DNA of 63,856 bases, counting the filler, from Craspedostauros australis (taxonomy: Eukaryota): the NCBI GenBank assembly GCA_030167865.1. It is 13 parts of 13 records of this genome, joined end to end, with 100 filler letters (N's around TTAATTAATTAA, not from the genome) between each part and the next. Parts side by side here need not be neighbours in the genome. Positions count along the whole stretch, not along the records: positions 4,359 to 13,262 come from JALAGF010000533.1; positions 13,363 to 15,522 come from JALAGF010000534.1; positions 15,623 to 16,833 come from JALAGF010000536.1; positions 16,934 to 18,749 come from JALAGF010000537.1; positions 18,850 to 19,986 come from JALAGF010000538.1; positions 20,087 to 21,831 come from JALAGF010000539.1; positions 21,932 to 53,420 come from JALAGF010000540.1; 6 more parts are not named here. One strand, 5' to 3'. Shown in pieces: positions 10,401 through 22,998 of the stretch. The translations under genes were made by a program, and so were the position numbers. The notes beneath the pieces were generated by a model. That model saw only the letters and a program-made list of their open reading frames with translations, ran no database searches and had not been told where the DNA came from. Numbering within the stretch: position 1 is the first letter of the stretch; each line of letters opens with the position of its first letter.

Positions 10401-12400
10401 AGGTAATACAACCCAAAGCTGTCACATCAAATCGTGATTAGCCCTCGTATTATGACTAATGACCGCTCTGCGGATCGAATGAGACACCTCCGACATCTTG
10501 ATGATGACTTCAAGACAGAAGGTTTGCAGTATGGACACTCAGTGGGGGCCTATCCACCACGGGCGAGTACGACGACCTTATCCTGTCACCTAAAATCCTG
10601 CAATACCTCTTGGATTATGGTTAATTAGCTTGCCGCGCATCTATTGCGACCCCTCCCACTTCGTAGTTCCGCCTACAGGACAATCTAGATGTCATATTGT
10701 CAAATAGTGGCTACACGCAAGTACGACGAATCTTAATATGTCACCTCAAATCCTGCATTCCCTCTTGGTTTATGACCAATTAACACGCTGCGGATCGATT
10801 GAGACTACTCCCACTTCTTGGTGATGGAAACACAAACCATGGTTCACAACATGGACACTCAGTGAGAGCGCATTCGCCACGGGCAAGTACGACAACCTTA
10901 AACCGTCACCTCAATTCCACGCATTTCTTTCGTATTATGGCTAATCAGCACGCGGCGGATCGATCGCGACCCCTCCTACTGCGTAATTCCGCCTACAAGA
11001 CATTCCAGCCTTCATTTGGTGGCTATAGGGAGGTAACACGACCTGAATATGACACCTCAATTCCACGCATTTCCTCTTGGATTATGGGTAATTTGCGCGC
11101 CGCGGATCGAATGCGACCCCTCCCACATCGTAGTTCCGCCTACAAGACAATCCAGCTGTCATTTTGTTGCATATAGGGAGGTACTATGACCCAAAGTTGT
11201 CACATCATATCCATGATTAGGTCTCAGACTATGCCTAATGACCGCTCTGCGGATCGAATGCGCCAGCTCCGACATCTTGATGATGACTTCAAGACAGTAG
11301 GTTTACAGTATGGACACTCGGTGGGGGCGTATTCACCACGGGCTAGTACGACGACCTTATCCTGTCACCTCAAATCCTCCAATACCTCTTGTAGTATGGT
11401 TAATTAGCACGCCGCGCATCGAATTCGACCCCTCCCACTTCGTAATTCCGCCTACAGGACAATCTAGGTGTCATGTTGTCATATAGTGGGTACAGGCACG
11501 TACAACGACCTGAATATGACACCTCAATTCCACGCATTTCCTCTTGGATTATGGGTAATTTGCGCGCCGCGGATCGAATGCGACCCCTCCCACATCGTAG
11601 TTCCGCCTACAAGACAATCCAGCTGTCATTTTGTTGCATATAGGGAGGTAATACGACCCAAAGTTGTCACCTCAAATCGTGATTATCCCCCGGATTATGA
11701 CTATTGACCACTCTACGGATCGAATGCGACTACTCCCACTTCTTGTTGATGACTTGAAGACAGAAGGTTTACAGTATGGACACTCAGTGGGGGCGTATTC
11801 ACCACGGGCAAGTACGACGACCTTATCCTGTCACCTCAAGTCCTGCAATACCTCTTGGTTTATGGTTAATTAGATCGCGGCGGATCTATTGCGACCCCTC
11901 CCACTTTGTAGTTCCGCCTACAGGACAATCTAGGTGTCATGTTGTCACATAGTGGGTACAGGCGAGTACAACGATCTCAATATGGCACCTCAATTCCACG
12001 CATTTCCTCTTGGGTTATGGCTAATTGGCACGCTGCGGATCGAATACGACCTCTCCCACATCGTAGTTCCGTCTACAGGACAATCCAGCCTCCATTTGGT
12101 GGCTGTAGGGAGGTAATACGACCTAAATACATCACCTCAATTCCACGCGTTTCTTTCATATTATTGCTAATTGGCCAACTGCGCATCGATTGCGACACCT
12201 CCCACTTCTTAACGACGCCCACAGCAAAATCCAGGTTGGACTGTGAAAACCACTTGCAGCACGATGCATGACAACAGGATTGGAAAATCGCGATTTGACC
12301 ACGTAATATGGTTGATGAGCGCAGTGCGGATCGATCGCGCCATCTCCGACATCGTAATGACGTCTCGAAGCGATGCTTTCAGTGTGGAGTGTCGGTAGGG
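7500..12400. repeat. Complex satellite of about 32 monomers of ~146/154/165 bp, arranged in ~456-467-bp three-monomer higher-order repeats
   Basis: Anchor GCGGATCGA(A/T)TGCGAC recurs every ~146-165 bp; the long monomer type (..TATGGACACTCAGTGGGGGCGTATTCACCACGGG..) is anchored at 9090, 9557, 10013, 10470, 11249 and 11715. Confidence 0.93.
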
Positions 12401-12824
12401 GCGCACAAACCAAAGAAATCATAGCTTGGACAGCCGAAAAGACATGATCAAAGGCCACGTAGTGGGTAATCCTTACATGGCGCATCTACCAGTGTGATTA
12501 ATGAGGTCTAAAGACGTCAACTGTGACATTTGGGTATGGTCCCACCGACACTCCACGCTCCGAACTACGTCGCTACAGCCTCAGGAATGGTGATTGCTTT
12601 CAGTTTGACGTGACAGGATGGCTAAGTCGACCACGGCGGATCCAACCAAGCACCTCCCATCCGTATCTGAGCACATAGGATAAAAGTAGGAGACACCCTA
12701 ACCTTATTACAGACCCCCAAACAACGTGTGGGAGGCCACAGGGTGGGCCCCCAGTGGTCCAGGCAGGCACTACAGTCTTTCCTGACCTCTATCCAGGCGT
12801 ATGGATAACATATATGGTTAGTAC

Positions 12825-12840
12825 AAACCCTAACCCTAAC
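12825..12840. repeat. Short telomere-type (CCCTAA)n seed
   Basis: AAACCCTAACCCTAAC directly abuts the 74-bp array. Confidence 0.55.
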
Positions 12841-13262
12841 AATGAATGTGGACGTCTGCTTCATTCGGTGTGGATGGCATGCTGTGTGATGGCATGGATG
12901 GCAATGGCTGCTCCAATGAATGTGGACGTCTGCTTCATTCAGTGTGGATGGCATGCTGTGTGATGGCATGGATGGTGATGGCTGCTCCAATGAATGTGGA
13001 CGTCTGCTTCATTCGGTGTGGATGGCATGNNNNNNNNNNNNNNNNNNNNNNNNNNNNNNNNNNNNNNNNNNNNNNNNNNNNNNNNNNNNGTGTGGATGGC
13101 ATGCTGTGTGATGGCATGGATGGCGATGGCTGCTCCAATGAATGTGGACGTCTGCTTCATTCGGTGTGGATGGCATGATGTGTGATGGCATGGATGGTGA
13201 TGGCTGCTCCAATGAATGTGGACGTCTGCTTCATTCGGTGTGGATGGCATGCTGTGTGATGG
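12841..13262. repeat. 74-bp tandem repeat running to the contig end
   Basis: AATGAATGTGGACGTCTGCTTCATTCGGTGTGGATGGCATGCTGTGTGATGGCATGGATGG... at 12841, 12915, 12989 and onward. Confidence 0.92.
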
Positions 13263-13909
13263 NNNNNNNNNNNNNNNNNNNNNNNNNNNNNNNNNNNNNN
13301 NNNNNNTTAATTAATTAANNNNNNNNNNNNNNNNNNNNNNNNNNNNNNNNNNNNNNNNNNNNTTTGCGTCAGGACGCAAATGGAGAATTAGTGCGACAAT
13401 TTAACACGAGGGATAAATTACATCGACTTGTTGGACTCAGCGCCACGAAACTCTCTCCTTCTTGTGTGGATTTCCTTCGTGTTATTTTCTTAGCTCTTGT
13501 CTCATGTTATTTTCGCGCAGTGTTCAGTGTTCTCTGCATCAAGCACATACTCTAGAGGATGCTGTCGTTTGCAGTGATCAGGAAGATACCAACTCTAGTT
13601 TGTTGGTACCATATCAGTAATTGCACTACTATGATGCCGTAAATGTGGTGCCTTCTTTAGCTTTCCGTGTGTTCATGTCTCTTCGATTACTTATTTTTCT
13701 TCGTGTGCCAATAGGACCTGCGGTCCTTTCTGTTCTTCCTCCGCGTCATCCTGTGCCTCTCCAGGCAGCTTCACACGACATCAGTGTCTCATTCATTCCT
13801 TGCGAGGCGAGATGTGCGTCTTAGTTTGTGTCTGCATCTGTGTTGCTTCCTCCTTCCATTGGGTCCCAACCTCATTAGATGTTCCTGTTGAATCAAGATC
13901 GCCATCCAT

Positions 13910-14650
13910 GTGCTTCTCTTTCAAGCAAAGATTGCTTGCTTCATTGAGAAACATGAATGTGTTAGTACAAATGTGAATAAGATAACAACGGAGCAAGTCA
14001 TGCAGTGTTGGCATCCAGCAGCGGTCTCTGTGAGGGAGAAGGCGAATGCAGAGTGGGGAGATGACATGCTTCAGGTAGGAGGAGATCCAGATATGAGCCA
14101 AGAGATGCTCTGCCAGCTGAGGAGTTGGAGCAACATGGACAACATGGAGCCAAGAGCACCAACGCGGATCCAAGAAGCAGTCAATGCCCAACAAGTGATC
14201 GGATGGGGTATGATGGTGTGTGGGCGCTGGGCGAGGCAGTGGAGGACAATACAGGAGTCTGTGATGATGGAGGAAGAGCTCCCAATGAAGCCAGCGAACT
14301 GGAGAGGCATAGCCATTCGAGGGCTGTGGGAGGTTCGACAGAAGCCATGGGAAGCGCGCAACCGCGTGCTACATGACCAGGATGGACGCAAGCGCGCGGC
14401 AGCCCAGGAAAAGAAGTATGAGCCAGGGTGAACGAGCAATGGGCGATCGGAGGCGGAGGTATCCTGGCCACAGACCAAGCCCTCATGACGAATGTGGCGA
14501 GAGTGGAGGTGGTGAGGTGGCCAGTGGATGCTCAGAGCCGGTGAGTGAAGCATGTGCAAGCAGCATGGATAAGGGCCCAGGCAGTTGAGCAGCAACAACG
14601 TACAGCAACGCAGGAGAGAAGAGGAGTACGCCAAGGACTCACACACGCTG
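13910..14650 (+). mobile_element. Degenerate C-terminus of a non-LTR retrotransposon ORF2 (Ambal-like diatom LINE)
   Basis: Q..IGW....GRW...W...Q ... W....I..LW......WEARN..LH Trp-rich signature; frame disrupted after 14431. Confidence 0.65.
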
Positions 14651-15622
14651 TGAGAGTGCAGTGACGAGAAATGGGTCTGCGCAAACAACGGTTATACGGG
14701 GCCTTGGGAGGAAGGGCGAACAAGCAACAATATGGAGCATGGATCAGTGCATGAGGTTCGTGAAAGAGCATAGCGGGCGCAAGTCGGATGCCCAGTGCGG
14801 TATGTTTGATGGCCCACGGTGCTGACAAATCGTGGTAGGCTAGGCAGTGAGAGACACAGGGAAGTCGTTTCAGCGCAATCGGCCCTAGGCTCGTTGTAGG
14901 CGGCCAACACTAACACCTTCAAGGTGACTTTGTACGCGGAGGACATTCAGTGACTTATTACTGTTCTTATTAACGTGAATAAGAAGATGTACATATTTGA
15001 TAGCAGGACGGCAATCAGATTCATCCAGATTCTGGCAACAAATATGGCTGCCAAGAATGCAGTCACCACCCCACACATTAGTTTCTGCCAACCAAAGGGG
15101 GCTCATTTGACAATGGTGCGGATGCGCACACCGGCAAACATGATATGCTTCTCTTGTATGTATGCCTCATGTGGTCTTAGAACTGAACTCCGCACAGGAA
15201 GGACATTCATGCCTTCGATGGTGTGAGCTCTTGCCTGTGACCCTGTTTGCGGCAGGGATGCGCTGAGTGTTGGAAGTCCAAAGCTGGTAAGCACAAGTGT
15301 GAGGACAAATGAAGGAGCATCCCTTTTGATTTGAAGCGATACGGAATGAACGAGAGCCTTGTACTTGCGTGACAAACAAGTTGTTGATGGTCAATGTACA
15401 GAGGCGAATCGTCGTGCCGAAGACACGAAGTGTGTGCTTCAACCAACTCCACAGACAGCATGGAGCTGATGGGTGACTGGAAGCACTCTTTGAACACAGA
15501 AGTATCAAACATAGGCAGCCAANNNNNNNNNNNNNNNNNNNNNNNNNNNNNNNNNNNNNNNNNNNNTTAATTAATTAANNNNNNNNNNNNNNNNNNNNNN
15601 NNNNNNNNNNNNNNNNNNNNNN

Positions 15623-16833
15623 GGCATTTTCTTCGACCACCTCGACTAAAACTATTTGTTCGCGCTCACTTTTTCCCCCCCTCATATCGTTTTTTCCGAT
15701 TTCTCAATGTCCTGGCATGCCCTCCTGCTTACTATGGCTCAATGCTTCTCCTGGATGCATTGAGCCACTTGCATCTCATCACAGTTCTTCGTATACATAC
15801 GTTCATTGCATGCTTATCCANNNNNNNNNNNNNNNNNNNNNNNNNNNNNNNNNNNNNNNNNNNNNNNNNNNNNNNNNNNNNNNNNNNNNNNNNNNNNNNN
15901 NNNNNNNNNNNNNNNNNNNNNNNNNNNNNNNNNNNNNNNNNNNNNNNNNNNNNNNNNNNNNNNNNNNNATCTCGACCCATTCCCATGGCTGTACTTTCCT
16001 TGTTGAGCTGCTGCGCGCGTCCGCGGTCGTTGTGGAGTTGTCTCCGAGCGCGTCTGCCGTCTCTGTGGAGCTGGTGCATCGGTGTTTTGCACCACCCCCA
16101 CTTGGTACATCGCCTTCACTTGCCTTCCCTTGCCGCCCACTCCAACACAGTGGAGGGCCTGCTTCATGAGGGGAGCTTTGTTTTTGTGGCCCAGCGTTTC
16201 GAGCTTTCCAGCCTTGCCCCAAACCAACTTCATGAACCACAATTGTAACATGAGAGACGTGAGGTTGTGGTCAAGCTTGTGCATCCACTGTGAAGTGGTG
16301 ATTCCTGCCTGGAAACTGGATGGATGGTCAGGCTCCTGCTCGATCTCCTTCATCGCCAGGGCAACCAATCTCTCCACAACCTTCTCTCGTGGCATTTTTG
16401 TCACATTGGTGTTGGGGAGACGATCTTTGAGGTCTTTCTTGAGGGAGGCGTCGCTGACAGCCACGAATCGCCGTCGAACCTTGTCGTCATCAGCAAGGAT
16501 GGTGCGGAGCATTTTGCATCGTGTGGCTTTGCTTCGCTGGGCCTTGCTGCGGTAAAACATAACCATGAGTTCGATGAAGTCTTTGTCTGAGAAGGTGTCC
16601 TCTTCAGGGGGATCGTCGCGGAGAGAGGAGAGAAGTGCAGTTTCAACATGACAGGAATTGAAGGTGGGAGATGTGAGTTTGGAGTATAAATCAAGTGCGC
16701 GCAATCTCGCCTTTTCTGCTCGCAATGCTTGAAGGTACTTCGCCTTCCAACCAAGCACGTCATATCCCAAGTAGCGGCCAATGCACTCCCATGCAGGTTG
16801 ATTGAATATGGTGGCGTTGTCAGCATTGCACCA
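15623..16833 (-). mobile_element. Degenerate DNA-transposon-like element encoding a possible YqaJ/PD-(D/E)xK nuclease region, copy 1
   Basis: WFMK...LGHKN(K/E)APL...YQVGVV, then frameshifted ADA...WVE; near-identical copy at 52811-53420. Confidence 0.5.
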
Positions 16834-17694
16834 NNNNNNNNNNNNNNNNNNNNNNNNNNNNNNNNNNNNNNNNNNNNTTAATTAATTAANNNNNNNNNNN
16901 NNNNNNNNNNNNNNNNNNNNNNNNNNNNNNNNNTGTGATCGTACTACTAGCAACATCGTGAGAAGACGTAATTCACAACACGGGCTATCGCGGTGTTTTT
17001 GTTCATTGACTTTTGCAACTCATCTTCACGCAGTAACACGCACATTTGTCGTGTTGTCTCCGTGTTAATTTCATCTGCAATTGCATGAGATCATGTCATG
17101 CCTCTATCATGCTCACAGTTCCAAGAAGACAATCTTGTGAGCTCAACAGCATTCCAACTACCATACGAATAACACAGTAAACCAACACTCTCCTCACCAA
17201 CAACAACGACTTGATCACTCTACGTTCTCGGTGCGGTATCTTCAAACCCATCTACGATTACGTTCTAACAGGAACCTTGATGACATTGTTGGTTGCAGGG
17301 GTATCAAACCTTGTTTTGGCACTTGGTGTCCTGGGTGTGCATTGTGCATGGTCCCTGGCCACTGCCGCAATACTGGTGGCAGGATGAAGAGGTGCGGCTG
17401 CAAGGAACCATGCCCAATGCCTCCTACCTCCTCTTCTTGTTCCCGTTCCGCTGCTGCTGGAGTTGTCATGCCCTCTGTTGCGGATCGAATCGGTGCTGCT
17501 GATCCTGGTGCAATCAAGGATCCTGGTGCTGCCAAAGATATTGGGATTTGTACCAGCCAAGGTGCACAGTTCATGCTGGAACCATGTGGCACTGAAGACC
17601 ACTCTATCAGCACAAAACCGAATAGTGCTAAGTACGTTACTCCTGTAGCCCCCACTATCTATAAATTTCACTTGTGTTTGGTTCAGCAATCGCA

Positions 17695-17765
17695 TTGCCT
17701 GTAGCTCAACGGTAGAGCACCAGTAATTCTCACTGAGGTTCCGGGTTCGAATCCCGGCATGGTAC
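17695..17765 (+). pseudogene. tRNA-like sequence (pseudo-tRNA or SINE head)
   Basis: A box TAGCTCAACGGTAGAGC; T arm CCGGG-TTCGAAT-CCCGG; imperfect acceptor stem; non-canonical anticodon loop AATTCTC. Confidence 0.75.
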
Positions 17766-18849
17766 TTTGCTTTTGCTCTCCCCTCGTGAGTTTTTCGATA
17801 GTGCTCTAATACACTCCAACACCCAACTGACCGCAGGGGTCGTGGTTGGATGCGCTGTACCCCAGACTTTGCCTGATGAAAGAGACCATGAGAATCAAAG
17901 CTGATCATGCTTGACCTTGTGGAATGGCATGCAGTGCCTGGAAGCAGCAAATGGTGACTCTTGCAGCTGTGGTTGCCAACAAGGCAATCTATCAATGGAA
18001 GCGGGCCTTCCAATGAGTTGAGAGAGTATGTCATCTTGTCTTGTTGTCATTGGCGTACCAACTGGAGGACAATGCTGCTACTACTGTGGCTGGTGCTTTG
18101 GTTGATGCATCATCCTTGATCTTGGTGGTGATAGTGATAGGTGTGATTGATCCACAGGTCATCAATGTGTGGAGCAGGCAATGGCGCTGATTGACGATGG
18201 TGGAAATGTTGGCGCTGTTGCAGTTTCCAGTGTTTCGAACTTGAACCACAGGACTGTCATGTTGTGTTTGATCAGACTGATTTGTGATGTGGATGGTGCA
18301 GCCCCAGGAGTGGCAGAGGCGGTGGCAGAGGCGGCTACTGGAAGTGGTCCATTGGTGCGCAGCTGGCATTCGCCTGGCACATTGTATACGATTGGAAGCT
18401 GCTGCACACTGCATGAGGTTGCCTGTATGTATGGTGCAGTTGACTGGAATGAATTGATCAAAAGGGCTGGAGCAGTGCCTCCACGATTGGCAGTGAGTAT
18501 CGGCTGGGTCCACACAACTAATGTGTTTTCCATCAATGACTCCTCCATGTTGATACCTCTGGAATTGCTTCGAACTCATCCTGCAGGTGGTACCTTCACC
18601 AAGAATGAGACTCTGACAAGAGTCACCCTTTGAATCTGGTATCCACACTGTGTGCCCAGTCCTGTGGTTGTCGAGATGTACATGTGAGTATATGTCAAGA
18701 TGTACGTGTATATGTGCATCGTTCACCCGCTATTCTCTCATACGCACTTNNNNNNNNNNNNNNNNNNNNNNNNNNNNNNNNNNNNNNNNNNNNTTAATTA
18801 ATTAANNNNNNNNNNNNNNNNNNNNNNNNNNNNNNNNNNNNNNNNNNNN

Positions 18850-19986
18850 CTGCACGGATCACTGCTGGAGTTTCTTTCTCAAGAACAAGAGTGATCAACC
18901 AGGATACATCAAACAATTCGTCCAGACAATCAAATCACAGACTGGTGATCAACAAATCATCTTCCGAGGAGACAACAGCGGAGAGAACAAATCCATGCAA
19001 GATATTCTCATCGATACAGGACTGAACGTGAAATTCGAATTCACGGCATCGAACACGCCGCAACAGAACGGTAGAGTAGAACGCAAGTTCGCGTACCTCT
19101 ACACCAAGATCTGCTCCATGCTCAATGGAGCACAACTCGACGAAGAGTACAGGCACGGCCTGTGGGCAGCAGCTGCGAGCACTGCCACCGCCATCGCCAA
19201 CATCACCGTAGCGAAGAATCAGAAGGAGTCACCACATCGACAATTCTTTGGCAACGATCCACCATATGCGGATGCACTCCGTACATTTGGAGAGGTGGGT
19301 GTTGTGAAGACCACCTATGGCGGGATCACCGCCAAGCTCAAGAATAGAAGAGAAGAGATGGTGTTCATCGGATATGCACACCAACACGCATCAGGGGTCT
19401 ACAACATGTACAGACCATCAACCAAGTCACTGATCTGTTCACGTGACATCAAATGGCTCAACCAATCATACGGACAATTCCGCGGCTGGGCACCAGCACC
19501 GAACATATCCAACAAAGTAGGAACAACGGACGCAGACGGCTTCACAACCATTGGACGGAAGGGAGCAATGCCAAGGACGGCAACACGTCGAACATCAGAA
19601 GCAAAGAGAGTATCTTTCGCTGACAGCAACAGGTACTACATCCTATCGGACAGCAACGATGCGGATGATGAGAACGATGGAGCAGTAACCCAACTAATCC
19701 ATAACAACGACGAAGATCGGAGCGAATCCAATCATGAGGATGACAAGATCACACCATCCGGCGACGAAGCTGACGATGACACAGGCATCATTCCTCCAAA
19801 CACACCAGCCAGGTCTACACATGACACACCATCCAGACCTCCACCGAGCAAACCAAGCAAATGTGACATAGCCAGAAAGGAGAGAATCCAACGTCACGAA
19901 TTACGAGGCAGGAAGGGAGAAGCTAATCCCAAGCCAACTACAGGGAAGAGTATTCCCAGAGCTCTGCGTGAGCTCGCAGACTTCAA
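18850..19986 (+). mobile_element. Ty1/copia integrase (rve) fragment
   Basis: WSFFLKNKSD, RGDNSGEN, TPQQNGRVERKF, LRTFGE...KLKNR...FIGY, SRDIKWLN. Confidence 0.92.
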
Positions 19987-20086
19987 NNNNNNNNNNNNNN
20001 NNNNNNNNNNNNNNNNNNNNNNNNNNNNNNTTAATTAATTAANNNNNNNNNNNNNNNNNNNNNNNNNNNNNNNNNNNNNNNNNNNN

Positions 20087-21000
<914 letters not shown>

Positions 21001-21410
21001 TGAGTGTGGGGGCCACCAATCAGCAGTGTACTAGTACCGTTACTGTATTCTATTCTACCATACTATGAGAGTTAAAGTGTCCGTCCATCATGACACTGTC
21101 ATACTTCGAGTATGCTTGTCAAGGATACTCTCGTGAGCCCAAGCGCGTGATTGTCCCTTGTCCGCGTACAACACCGAAGGACTGTTTTTTCGTGTCTTTC
21201 GATCTATCGTAGTGTGCGAGGATCTATGTTATGCAAGTGCGGTATCTATCTATGGTTGGACTGATGGATGAGAGAGTGCGTGAGTGGTCGTCGTGATTTC
21301 TGTTGTTCCGCCATCGCCACCAAACTCTTGAGGATGATGTGTATTCTATCCCACTCGGCAGTCGCAGCCGCTTGGACAGCAGGTATGACCTCATTCGCTC
21401 GCAGAAGAGC

Positions 21411-21831
21411 TCACACCTGCTCCTGCTCTTCATCCATGGAATCGTTGCGATCGTCCTTCGATGGATCGGTCTGATCCAAACCGTAGTAGTCCGCCGGGAC
21501 GCTCTCCGGAGTGCTGCGCATCTTGAAGTCCAAGTACGCAGGCAGAAAGTTCAATCCCAACGTCAGCATCGTCGCGGATGGGGCGCGTGGGGCAGCCATG
21601 CCCGCAGGTGCGTACGCCACCTGGACCATGATCTGGAGCGTGATGACCATCAGCCATTGCACGAACAGCGTTGCCTGGAACATGTGGTTGTCCTTGCCGT
21701 TCCACAATCCGAATCCACGGGCAAAACCGAAGATGGCATTGAGCACTTGCACCAACCCGACGGCGATGGCAATCTCTGGGAAGTTGATGAAGTACATGGC
21801 GACAGCGACTGGGCCATTCTCAAGAGGTCCG
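21411..21831 (-). CDS. Multi-pass membrane protein, C-terminal fragment, unknown function
   Basis: Three hydrophobic helices, coding-like GC3, ends LPAYLDFKMRSTPESVPADYY plus an acidic tail. Confidence 0.7.
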
Positions 21832-22998
21832 NNNNNNNNNNNNNNNNNNNNNNNNNNNNNNNNNNNNNNNNNNNNTTAATTAATTAANNNNNNNNNNNNN
21901 NNNNNNNNNNNNNNNNNNNNNNNNNNNNNNNGCGAAGGGGGACATTCAGGTGGACGTCGAGGGGGACATTCAGTCACGTGTATTCGGATGCAACACGCGC
22001 AGCCATGCCGGCGCGGAGAAGAGCGGGCTGGCGCGTGACGTTATATGTGGGTAATATGGTACTTTCATAGGCCCAAATTGGAATATCGATGATACCACAA
22101 ATACGCGTAACTCTGCCAGTTCGGTGAGACACGGATAGTGAGCACATGGCCATGCCGGCGCGTTTCTCGACTGGCTGGCGCGCGTCATAGGCCTAAAACA
22201 TTATAGGTCTATCTAAGTACCTTCTCGTTTGGGCCTACTGGGGACAATTTACCGTGCGCCCCAGATCGCGATGCGTTGATGCCGAGTTCGCTTTTTGGAT
22301 TGGGATTCATGTGACTCACGATTGATCCATACCGTTGACGTACGGACTTAAAAGTGCCAATTGAAACGGAACAATCATTTGGACGGAATCATCTAAGAGG
22401 TACCGACAACAGACTCTGGTATACTGCGATGCGAGTCCACCAACATCTGAGAAATCTAACAAACGAGCAGAGCAGAGCAGAGCAGAAGGGCTCACACATC
22501 ACAAAGAACACGAAGAAGCAACGAATTCAGATAGAGAAGCAACAGAATCGCACTCTATCACTGATGGTGCGACCATATTGATGTTCATCTGAACTTAGGG
22601 ATGTTCGACAGATTGAAGTTGTTCTTCATCGCACTCCACTTTCCGTCATGTCGCCTATCCTCGACGCAACGATGGGGCAACCCTAAATAAAGGATAGCAA
22701 GGGAAAGCACAAGCGAAGACGGCTTCTCTCTCTCTCTCTTTCTCTGTATGATCGCACCGATCGCGATCAACCAGAAATTAGGCACTTTGTAACGATTCTG
22801 CATCATTCTAGAGGCTGTCTGAGCAATATGGCTGCGATGCTGAATCAACGATGCAATAGTGCACCATGTGTAGAAGGTAATCTCGATGATCGAAGCGTGA
22901 ATCTCGGTGATTGTGAGGTCGTTTGTGCAAAGATCACTATTTGTTGTCATAAAATCGAAACCCAAACACTGAGCATCAAGCACCAAGCACCAAGCAAC

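Noticed and set aside
7500..13262. CRISPR array or repeat-protein genes in the satellites
   Set aside because: Units are homologous along their whole length with no unique spacers, no cas genes are present, and the short ORFs only mirror the repeat period.
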